This document shows positions 12,435 through 22,592 of a stretch of DNA of 64,000 bases, one piece after another (position 1 is the stretch's first letter; the number at the start of each line of letters is the position of its first letter). The DNA lies in the NCBI GenBank assembly GCA_010093815.1, contig ML996579.1; one strand, 5' to 3'. The position numbers were made by a program, and so were the translations under genes. This stretch comes from Pseudovirgaria hyperparasitica (lineage: Eukaryota). The notes under the pieces are model-generated. The model was not told the origin of the DNA and searched no databases. It saw nothing but the letters and a program-made list of their open reading frames with translations.

Positions 12435-14754
12435 GGTATAACGAAAGTGGTCGAGATTTGGATCAGTTGTAGGAAATACGATGTAGAGATTGTGATGAAA
12501 ACGATTAAAAATAAATAAGTACCAGTCTCCGAAAGAGTGAGGAGGTACAGGTACAATGCTTTGTTGAAGGATGAAGAGTCTGAGAGAAGAGTGACATCGA
12601 GGGGATGCGCAGAGGTAAAAAGGGAGATGCCATGGCCTTCCCAGGGGCCGATCCCACTGATAGGCGGTAGCGACAGCCGATACGCCATGGCGGTGGTATT
12701 CAAAACGTACGGAGTAATGTGCAATGAATGCTTGTTTGCCTAGCCTCGTGCTCTAGTCTCTTGGGTCCCCAGTCCGGAAGGTTGTGGTCAGCTTGTCGCC
12801 AAATTCATCCAATCTCCTGGCGCAAGTTATGTAGGTCGCTACACGGAACCACTCGAGCCGTCCATTGAAGACGTGAATTTCTCACTGCATAGGCCAGTGT
12901 ATTGGCTCTCTGGCCTAATTACATGCTCGCTCTACTCGACTGTCTCTTATGGTTCAAAATTGAAAACCGTCAAAAGATGACATGCTCTGAGGCACTGGAT
13001 TGACAGAAGGGGTCCAAGGGGCAGGAATTGTGCAAGGGTTGAACCGTTGGCGCCAAACACTGAAGGCAAAAGGCATAGTGCCAAGGGACGGACCACTTGG
13101 CATAATTCCTTTTTGCGCCTTGAGCCTCAGAGTGCCAAAGCTTCGGCCAATCACAGACGTGTAATCTCCAGTAAGTCCAAGACCTTAATTAGACCGCCGC
13201 CTTCCTTCGCCTCAGGGGTTTGTTGATGCCAGGCATACGGGCGTCTCGCCTTTCCCGTTTCAGTCCTATTTGCCCTTTCGTGGCCTACTGCCATACCAGC
13301 GCGGCTATCCTCTCACAACCGCCAGACCAGACCCTGACGTGATGAGACCTCAAGCTGCGCGTATCAAGTCTTGCCATGCGTGTATGTGTATATATAGGTA
13401 TACCAGAACCAGAAGACTGCGCGAGGCCACAGACTACATACAGTGCGTCATTTGTTGTTTCACATTATCCTTCAACTTTCAGATCATTCACGTCGATCCC
13501 TATGTCGCCGACTCCTTGCGTTTGATTGGCATCTTGGCTGGCACTTTAGCATCACGATTTCGATGCGACGTGTGGTCGATGCCCGGATGCCTCACACGGC
13601 CTGCATGTCCAATACAGTTATGCGCTCGTGATCTCGCGTAGAGATCTATTCGTATTGCGGCCACCCAGGCAATCCCTTTAGCATAGATAGGTCAGCAATG
13701 GGTTGGTAGTCGTTTAGGTTGCCTCGGCGGACTCAAAAACCCATCTGAACACGTGCTCGCAATTCATCTTGAAGCATCATCGGAGAAGTATTGCCCGGTC
13801 AAGTCCTGTGGTTTCAAGGTTGTCACGGTCTTCATGAAAGACAGAATGCGGTCATCCCGACAGATGAGGCAACATTTAGGATAGATTAATGACAGTGCCT
13901 CCTTGAGCTGCTGTCCGCATAGAATTCGGACTGTGGGTTGGGGTCGTTGTTGTTTGGACATCTATCTAACAATTCACAATCAGATTTGCGACGCCACTGG
14001 TGACGGTGCCCGGTACTGCTCTGTAGCAAGGCAGTCATCTGATAGAGCAGCCGAGTTAAGCTCATGGTCCATGGAAGGCAGTCCAATACTTTGAGATACA
14101 TTCAACTGGCCCGTCTCTATGGCCGTTGCCATGTCGTGAATATTCGAGTATACTGTCTGAGGTAATTACTACTTTGTATGAAGTCGTCATGGCTGGTTAG
14201 GTATTCCGCAAGAATTCTACTTACCCTCCGAAATGAACTAGGCAGTCCTGTCACTCTCCAGCCTACAGACCGCATCTTCCAAAATGCTATAGCCTTTTCT
14301 GAGCCAATTGAGAAAGCTCTATTAAGTAGACTAGTCGTCTGTGTGATCGGGAGATAGACATAAGATGAATTGTGGCATGATCTAGCTTTGATGCCTCAGG
14401 CTCGGAGCCCTACCACCACACCCGACTCCACGACAGGAGTGCGTCTGCTTTGCATCCACCAACTCGTGTAATGTTCATCGTACAATCAATCCTCGCTATC
14501 ATGGGCAGCCTGATGGTATGAATTGATGGCCTTGCATGCGAGGTCAGTCTTCCTGGTAGACTTCCCTAGCTGTCACATCATTCCCAGCCGGTGATTGGGG
14601 CTGTGCTTCGTATTAAGCCGCCTCAATGTTTGGCTAATCACAAGGTCTGCACGCAAGGAGAAGTTCGACCAAGGTCGACCTAAGTCCCTCTTCGCCGCGA
14701 TGTAATGCTTCACATCTAGTAGATGCATGGTCTCCGTTGTTGCTATCGAAGACC

Positions 14755-15886
14755 ATGGACTCTAAAGGGTTAAACACTACTATTCAGGAGGCGCACGATG
14801 CCGAGAAGGGTTCGATGGTATCTGAGGTAATTATTATGCAGCGGCAGTGTTCCCTGTCCCTACTCGTCGCATCCATGCCCTGATCTGACACTGCTTGGGT
14901 AGCTCTCGACGACCCTGAACGTCTACCGTGACAAGCATCACATCCTACTCACGCCTTGCACACACCCAAGGAAAGAAAAGGCTTTCCCAACCTGGAGGGG
15001 CATCGACAAATTCGACGTAAACTCAAACCTCGGGATCAGGGCTCCGCAGAGCTTCTTCCTACAGCAGCCGATCCTTTCGTTCCACGCGCCCCCGCACCTC
15101 CTCCGACGCGGTCATACGAAAAGTTCGCAGGCCCAGCTCCCTCCTGTGTGTTTGATCCACAACAGTTCGTTCTGGAACAGCTGGAAGATACAGATCGGTC
15201 CGAGCCTGGCCACGGAGGGTGTCATTGATCCTCGTGGTGTTGTGTGCGCAGAACACACTGGTGACCATGTCAACAACGAGAAAGCGCTGAAGGGGTATGG
15301 AGTGCGTTCGTGGCGAATGTGGGGTGAGTCGGGCAAAAAATACCACCGCCTCGTCAATAGCCAGCGAAAGGACACCCAGAAGACAGACATGAAGAGCGTG
15401 GAAGAGCAAAAGGTCGAAAGTGCGGAGTCCAGAACTCCCGTCGAAGCCGACGAAGTCATCCATCTGCGCTGGGTGTCTCCGCTGAGCACGTCAACGCGCC
15501 TGTACACCTTCACGTGGCAGGGCGTATCGTTCTCCTGGAAAGGCACCAGCACCGTACGAGAGACTCGGAGATTGGGATCGCTGCTCCGATATGCTCATTT
15601 GAAGCTGATGGCACAGCTCCCCGACGATGACCCCCATGCATGTCACCCGGTAGAAGTCTGTCTTGCCACGTATACCTGCTCGATCGCGCCCGAGAAGGCC
15701 GGCAAGCTCGACCTGTTCGATGCACAGATCCGCAAGTTGGCGCTGGATCATGCGCCTGGCGCTGTTGTAGACTTGCGAGATGTCGTCGTAGCTACTGCCA
15801 TGTGTATGGTCATGGGAGAATTCGAGAAGCGGGTGTTGGCTAGAGAGCTGGCGTTTTTGATCATGACTGCTGGAAATGTGAATTAG
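14755..15886 (+). CDS. Conserved fungal hypothetical protein (2 exons)
   Basis: Exon 1 is 14755-14826 (MDSKGLNTTIQEAHDAEKGSMVSE). Intron 14827..14902 (GTAATT...CTGAC...TAG). Exon 2 (14903-15886) is in frame with track ORF 15146..15886 (LKGYGVRSWRMWGESGK, FSWKGT, VATAMCMV). Confidence 0.75.
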
Positions 15887-16992
15887 GAATGTTGGGATCA
15901 GTATGCCAAGTGTATGCAATGATTCGATATGCAGCCAGGTGATGTGCATGCTTGACGAGTGATGCTGGGCACCTCGTGCTAGTCGACGGATCCAACGTAC
16001 CATCCAAGAACATAAAAATCCTTCCTCTCTCAATCCCCCCTCCTTCATGCCCCCGTTTTCATCCTCCCATCCTCTTTCCAGCCGGTACAAGCCATCACAT
16101 ATCCCTCCGATACGACCACTAAACGACCGCCATCCAGCAAAGCGCAGCCAAGAAGCATTAGGACATCAACACAAGTATATATATCCCAACATCACACAAA
16201 CTCCAGTCTCCCTGTAACTCCAAACCACACCTATCCTCCATGAGCCACTGGCTACGCATATACATGACTTCGGAGCGAAAAGTCCGAGTCGAGTTGAGGT
16301 ACCTGGACAGCGCGTCATACCGTCGTGCAGCCACAGAGACCTATGCACAGGACGCCAGCGCTGGCAGTTGGACTGGGGGTGTTGTGGGTATTGAACGTGC
16401 TGGCATATATGTTGCTGTGGTATGTTATGTTGTAGTAGCGTCGTCGGCCGCGCAACCAGGGCGTATGTTGCCATACGATGTATGAACATGAACGAGGGCA
16501 TGATTTGGTGGCTCGACAAGAGAGATGTCAAAGGCCTTCGTGAACGAAGTATGGTATACAGTATCGCACACCTCCTTGTCCGTGCTCTGGACGAACTGAA
16601 TTCGGGTTTCTCGGTGCTGTCGTGTGAGTGTACTTGGCTGTACAGCTGTGGATGCGTGCGTATTATGTTGGGCTCATGGATGGTGCATTGTCGTTGCTGA
16701 TGCAACGATACTTGGTATGGACCCGATGGATGGGAGACGTATGTAGGGATCTATCTATTCAGCTAGTCAATGGTCCTTAATTCGTATCTCACGAGGGCTA
16801 CTGCTTCCGCGCATTAAGTACCGGAAGGGGAGGAGGCGGCTCATATCAGAGTCTAGGCGTTGTGATTGAATACAGTGTATCGTAGACAACCAAGCACGTC
16901 TAGTCGACGAGCCCGTGGAAAGACTTTGTGCTTTCCAGCAGTATGGGAAGCGATTGATCGTTTTTTGGAGCTAGCTAGCTAAGATTGTCCCA

Positions 16993-17126
16993 CAACCGAG
17001 AATAGTGTTACATTTTGCTACCGAGAACAGTCTTACTTTTTGATACCGAAAGGGGTGTCACTCCCGTGACGGAAAGAAGCTGCTTTTACAACCGAAAGAA
17101 GACAACTTTTACAACCGAAAATACAG
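16993..17126. repeat. Diverged 23-25-bp minisatellite (about 6 units, core ACCGAAA/ACCGAGA)
   Basis: Units caaccgagaatagtgttacattttg / ctaccgagaacagtcttactttttg / ataccgaaaggggtgtcactccc / gtgacggaaagaagctgctttta / caaccgaaagaagacaactttta / caaccgaaaatacag. Confidence 0.6.
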
Positions 17127-17270
17127 ACGTCGTCAAAGTCCAGTACCCCTGATCCAAGTTTTTACAAGGGTAGCACTCGGAGCGCGCCCCTATACCACCA
17201 ATCCAAACATCGTAATATCGAAAAACAGCAACAACAATGGACATTACCCACTCTCCAAGACCGACATCCC

Positions 17271-18931
17271 TCACTTCTCACACCCACCAATCCCACTCCC
17301 ACTCCCACTCCCACCAACCTCCCCCAACCTCGAATCCCCAGACCCCTCACCCCCACGCGCCCCAGAACGCGACCCGGACCCGGCCCACGACCGCGCCACA
17401 TCCGGAATCCCCAACCCACTCGTAATCCGCCTAAACATCGACGGCCGCACCGGCGCATCAATAAGCGGCCTGCTCGCCCAGCCCGTATCAGACAGCGTGC
17501 ACAGAGCATAGAACCGGATAAAGGCATGGACATAGCCGAAGAGCAGCGTTGCAGGGAGGAAGAGGAGCCATCTGGGGTGGCGGCGGTAGAGGGGTGTGAA
17601 TTTAGCCGTTTTGGTGAGGGCGAGCCAGAGGAGGAAGACTGTGCTTGTGGTGTAGGTGCCGGTGGATGGGGACGTTGCGCCGAGGAGGAGCCAGAGGAGG
17701 AGCGGGTCGATGAGGATGGATGGAAAGGGGACTTGAGTGTACAGCGCGTATGTCGACCAGGGCTGTTTCCTGCGCGGAGAACGACGTGAGTGAATGTACG
17801 ACACACTGCTGCAAACCATCGATTCAAGTGGGGCACTTACATCCAGACATCACCATCATACACCAACGTCGTATAATTGCTCCGCCACGTGCTCCGTACC
17901 CAGCGCAAACACTGCTTCAGAAACCTAGGCGACACCTCCTGATACGTCCTGACGACGGCCTCGGGCGCAACCTGGACGCGAATCTGCCACCCGCGCTTAT
18001 ACAGCCAGCGCGTAACGAAGTTGTCGTCGTCGGCCCTGAGGATGCGCCCGCGCCAGGTCTCGGCCGTGTAGCCGGCGAGAAAGGCGGGGTCGGCGAGGAT
18101 GCCGGTGCGGACGGCGGCGGTGCGGCCGGAGAGACAGGATGTGCCGCCGTCGATGGCGGTGGTGGCGGTGATTTCGACGTTGCGGCGCTGGATGTAGAAT
18201 GAGCCCAGGATTTCGAAGAGTTGCTCGGGGAGCGTCAGGCCGGGCCGGAGCTGGACTTGTTGGAGGGTGCCGGCGGCGCCGACGGTGGGGTTGTCTAGGG
18301 GCGCGAGGAGGTGGTGGAGGAGGCGGTCGGGCCAGATGACGTCGTCGTCGACGAGGACGGTGATGGAAGATGCGATCTGCTTGATGCCGATGGCGACTTG
18401 TTTGCGTTTGTTGGCTTCCTTGCTGTATAGGACTTTGAGGCTGGTGCCGTAGTGATCGCGAAACTCGTCGACGTACTTTTCCACGAGGGGGTCGAGGACT
18501 TTGCGGTTTGTCACGCCGACGAGGATGATCTGGGAGGGTCTGGAGAGGGCGCATTTTTGGATGGTGACTTCCAGCATCTCGGTGTTGTCGCAGATTGTCG
18601 GGATCAGTACGGTGGCATCTTGGGGCTTGTACTTTGGATCTTGGGGGAGAGGGATGGGCTTACGCTGGAGCCATAGCTGGATGTGTCGTAGGAACCTGAC
18701 ATAGCGCCAGAGGCTGGAATATGTGATTAGTCTGGGGGTTGGATTGATCTAGTATTGACTATGTTCTTACAAGAGGAGTATGAAAGCGACGGATTGCCAG
18801 GAGCAAGAAAGGGGCCGGTATGAAAACAAAGAACTCGTCGGTGCTTGTTGGGTACGTAGCTGCCATTCCCCCTGAAAGTGGAACATCAATTCCGTCCAGG
18901 AGGCGCCCAACTGCTCGTACTGATCTTGCAT
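17271..18931 (-). CDS. Processive GT2 glycosyltransferase, Cps1/hyaluronan-synthase-like polysaccharide synthase (3 exons)
   Basis: Exons about 18931-18771, 18713-17841 and 17769-17271 with GT-AG introns. Motifs FLWRY, TVLIPT, VLVDDD, CLSGRT, ADDDNF and QCLRW (QxxRW), plus C-terminal TM helices. The start codon is uncertain. Confidence 0.88.
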
Positions 18932-21235
18932 GATAGGAGATAGTTGCCGGTAATTCTCCCACTTGGATCGTGCCACACTCTTGCCGTGCAGTCGTTGATA
19001 TGCCGATGCAATTGAACGGATGAATAGCCAGACAGATTTTGTATGTACTCGCCAGCATCTGAAAATGATAGGGCAAATTAGACCCGGGGCCGCGCGTATA
19101 ACGCTCCGGTTCTGTTCATCGACAGCAAGCGAGGCAAGACTGAATCAACACCGTGCTCGTTCTCCTGTTCGAGGCGCGGGAGGGTAAGATACCCGCCAGG
19201 GAAGCACTGTGGATCAGCCAGGTACCATGGGAAGTGTGTCCGTCGCCAACACGGCGAAAGGGGGTCAATGTCGGTTAGGCAGATTATGTCTCAAAACACT
19301 GGAACCGTGTCCTTGGCCGAAGATGCGGACACTGTCTGGTGGGATCATAACGGTTCCAAGTCAAGGAAGCAATTTACAGTGGACTTTGGGACTTTATGTA
19401 TGCACAGTGTAGAACGAGGAGATCAACGAATCTTCAGCAAGTCTGAGACCCCTTGTATAGTGTCCTGGTCTATTTCGGAGGAACCTCCGAGATGTGTGCT
19501 CGTGCACAGGGACTGTCATGGCTGTAGAACGGCATTTTTTGCATTGGCAGTGATGAATAATGGTCGTACGCTGGAGTCATGAGGGCGGTGCAGCGGCGTG
19601 TGGGTAGGGGTAAGGGCCAAGTCAGGAAGGGACTTGGACAAAGGATGCTGTAGCCCAGGGATATTGTGGAGAAAGAGGCTCGTCCTCTTTGTACAGCCGA
19701 AGCATCGCAATGGATGCTCGTAATATCTTGGCAGCACGGGCAGCGATCATTCTTGTTTGCTGACTGGGGACATGTGGTGCAACACGAGCTACATGGGCTT
19801 GAAGATGGAAGCCAGGAAGCCAGAAGTCACGACATGACGGGGCTTTTTGCGAGATCGAGTGCCTGTGTTGTGGTTTTTGGAATTTGCCATTCATGTCCAT
19901 ATGTGTTGTAGCAAAGGGGCTGCGTCATCAGCTTCCTGGAACACAATGTGGTACGTACGCGTCAAAGAAGGTATGCACAGTGTCGAAGCGAGAGACGCAG
20001 CTCAGGAAACGAAGAAACGTGCTCTGGAGTCGTAGGGGGTTGGGCGGACATGTGTGGAGATGCTCCCTGGACACATCGAAGAGAGACTGGGTGAGCAGTA
20101 TACTGTCCGAGTCACGGACATGAAAGGAGGGTAAACAAGTTTGACCAGCGAGATAAGCCAACGTACCTTCACAACAAGCCCCTACTAAAGTGCACGATCT
20201 GCAGAGAATGAAGTTCGTATTAGACAGTCCACGAAAACAACGGATACACAAAGACTATCCGTAGTGAATAAACAATGATAACCATCAACAGACAACCATG
20301 CCATCGCCACAACAACACTGTGCTCTCCAAACAAAGCAACATCAACATCGACAAGAATCCACGCCAACCATACCCTCCCGCGAAGCTACTGTACACCATA
20401 AACAGCGCCACCCCAACAAGCACACCCACATCCTCGCCCTCCCCCCCAAAACCATCCACTACCCAACAAACCACACAAAAAAAACCACACAACAGCCCCC
20501 ACCTCAGTCCGAATCCAAGACACGTGATGAAACCCAAACCAACAGCGACGCCACAGAAGTTCGACGTAGACATAGAGCCCTGCGACACCCCCTGTCCACA
20601 GACAGGTCAGCACAGATCAGGGATAGAGGACGGGCGCACCCGCGTGTGCCTTGCATCCTTGAATGAATAATGCGGGTGGCTGCCGGTTGCGGGTAGCTGC
20701 CGAATACGCCGTGTTTAAGGGTGATGATCTTGAGGGAGTATGGAGTGTGGAGGTGTATATACACTTCCGCATCAAAGCTTCCTCCGCCATCACGACTGTA
20801 ACTCTTACATCGCTTACCCAAATACCAACTAATAGCTCCTTGCAACTTATTATCGTCCTTCCCTCGTCGTGTTCCCCCTCGTCGTCATTCGCCTAGTCGT
20901 CTTCACCACTCGTCGTCTTCGTCCTCGACCTCGACCCCCTGCTTAACATCCACCATCGACCCCCTACTCAACCCAACCCCCTACTCAACATCCAAAACTC
21001 AAAATCCACAACTCAAAATCCACCCATAATCCATACCCCACACTCAAAACCCACCACTCTCATCCTCCTCGATCACCACCAAGCCTATAATCATACTTTC
21101 TACCTTTTGCATGCATAACCTGATCAACGACTAGCACCAGCACTACCACTACCACTACCAACACCAGGACCACCACTACCAGCACTACCAATCATAGAAA
21201 CACTCGTTGCGGCTGGGTATGTAGCGCGGTATGGA

Positions 21236-21410
21236 GGTGTGTGTGTGTATAGGGGTGTGTGTATAGGGGTGTGTGTATAGGGGTGTGTGTATAGGGGTGT
21301 GTGTATAGGGGTGTGTGTATAGGGGTATGTAGTATAGGGGTGTGTAGTATGGGGGTATCTAGTGTAGGGGTGTGTTTGCGTGGTATGTGTATAGGGGTAT
21401 ATTTGTGTGG
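21236..21410. repeat. 14-bp tandem repeat (ATAGGGGTGTGTGT) x6 plus degenerate copies
   Basis: Directly visible 14-bp period from about 21249. Confidence 0.9.
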
Positions 21411-21669
21411 TATGTAGCATATAATTGTGTATAGTGGTATATGTAACATAGTAATACAGCACCATATATTTACAAATATACATGGCATATACAAAGTATT
21501 AGCACAAGTATAATCCATGCATACCGGCGGTATAGTGAGTACATACTGACCGTCGTAAATGTATGCTTGGCTATATGAATGATATCTGATCGGATATCTA
21601 TGCTATAAATCTGATGATAAGATGATATAACGCTTAAGGCACTCGGGCTGCGAGGGTGGAATTGGGAGT

Positions 21670-21826
21670 GTGTTTTCTCTTCTCGCTTCGCTCTTTTTTC
21701 TTCTCGCTTCGCTCTTTTCTCTTTTCTCTTCGCTCTTCGCTCTTCGGTCTTCTCTTTTTTCTCTTTTCTCTTTTCTCTTCGCTCTTCGCCCTTTTCTCTT
21801 CTCTTCTCTCTTACCCCTTACCCCTT
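21670..21826. repeat. Polypyrimidine (CT-rich) low-complexity tract
   Basis: Almost exclusively C/T, with TTCGC and CTCTT subunits. Confidence 0.85.
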
Positions 21827-21912
21827 ATCCATCGTTGCCCCCTAAGTATCCAACCGCCCCAGACGAACGTACAATCTAGTCTTGACATGACCACTCTAAG
21901 AATGCACAGTGG

Positions 21913-22142
21913 ATAAGCATAGGGGACAAGTACAGCTTTCAAGGACGGCTATTAAGGATGGCTATAAAGGATGGCTATAAGGACGGCTATTAAGGATGGC
22001 TATAAAGGATGGTTATAAGGATGGCTAGCAAGGACGGCTACAAGGATGGCTATCAAGCATGACTACAAGGACGGCTATTAAGGACGGCTATTAAGGACGG
22101 CTATAAGCATAGCCATTTAGTACAGCTTTCAAGGACGGCTAT
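21913..22142. repeat. 12-13-bp AAGGA(C/T)GGCTA(T) tandem array bounded by a direct repeat 190 bp apart
   Basis: More than 10 copies of AAGGAYGGCTA. AGTACAGCTTTCAAGGACGGCTAT occurs at 21929 and 22119. Confidence 0.85.
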
Positions 22143-22229
22143 CAATTACAGCCGTCGAAGCCCTTTGATGACCTTCATTTTGATAGGATATTGATGGATA
22201 CATGCATACAGACCAACTTTTTGTCCCTT

Positions 22230-22590
22230 TACCTGCGTACTTATCCGCGTACTTATCTGCACACTCATCTACGTATCTACGTATCTGCGCATCTACGTAC
22301 GTACGTTCGTACGTACGTCAAGCTCTATCCATCCATCCATCCATCCATAGATGCCATATACGTATCTTACACCCACTCAACCACTCAACTGTGCTTTTAT
22401 CACCACTACCGCTCCAGATATCCCTTTACCCATGCCATGCCATGCCAGGCCAGACACACTCTCCGCAAACCCGCCCAAGCCAGGCCAGGCCAAACCAAGC
22501 CAGGCCAGACCAAGCAGGCCAAACCAAACCCCAAGCCAGGCCAGACCAATCCCAAGCCAAGCCAAGTCAAGCCAAGCCAGCCAGACCAGG
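22230..22590. repeat. Mixed microsatellites (TACG)n, (CATC)n, (CATGC)n, (CCARG)n just 3' of ERG7
   Basis: Directly visible. Confidence 0.8.
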
Positions 22591-22592
22591 AC

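Noticed and set aside
12980..13240. Cluster of AGGCA and GCCARG motifs in the GH72 promoter (Ace1/SltA-like, PacC-like)
   Set aside because: These 5-6-mers are too frequent by chance to call without conservation data.
16166..16705. 179-aa minus-strand ORF and neighbouring frames
   Set aside because: Non-ATG start, no motif, and competing frames contain stops. Unsupported.
21913..22142. CRISPR-like appearance of the repeat arrays (also 16993-17126 and 32223-32320)
   Set aside because: Eukaryotic locus, repeats are head-to-tail without unique spacers, and no cas genes are present.
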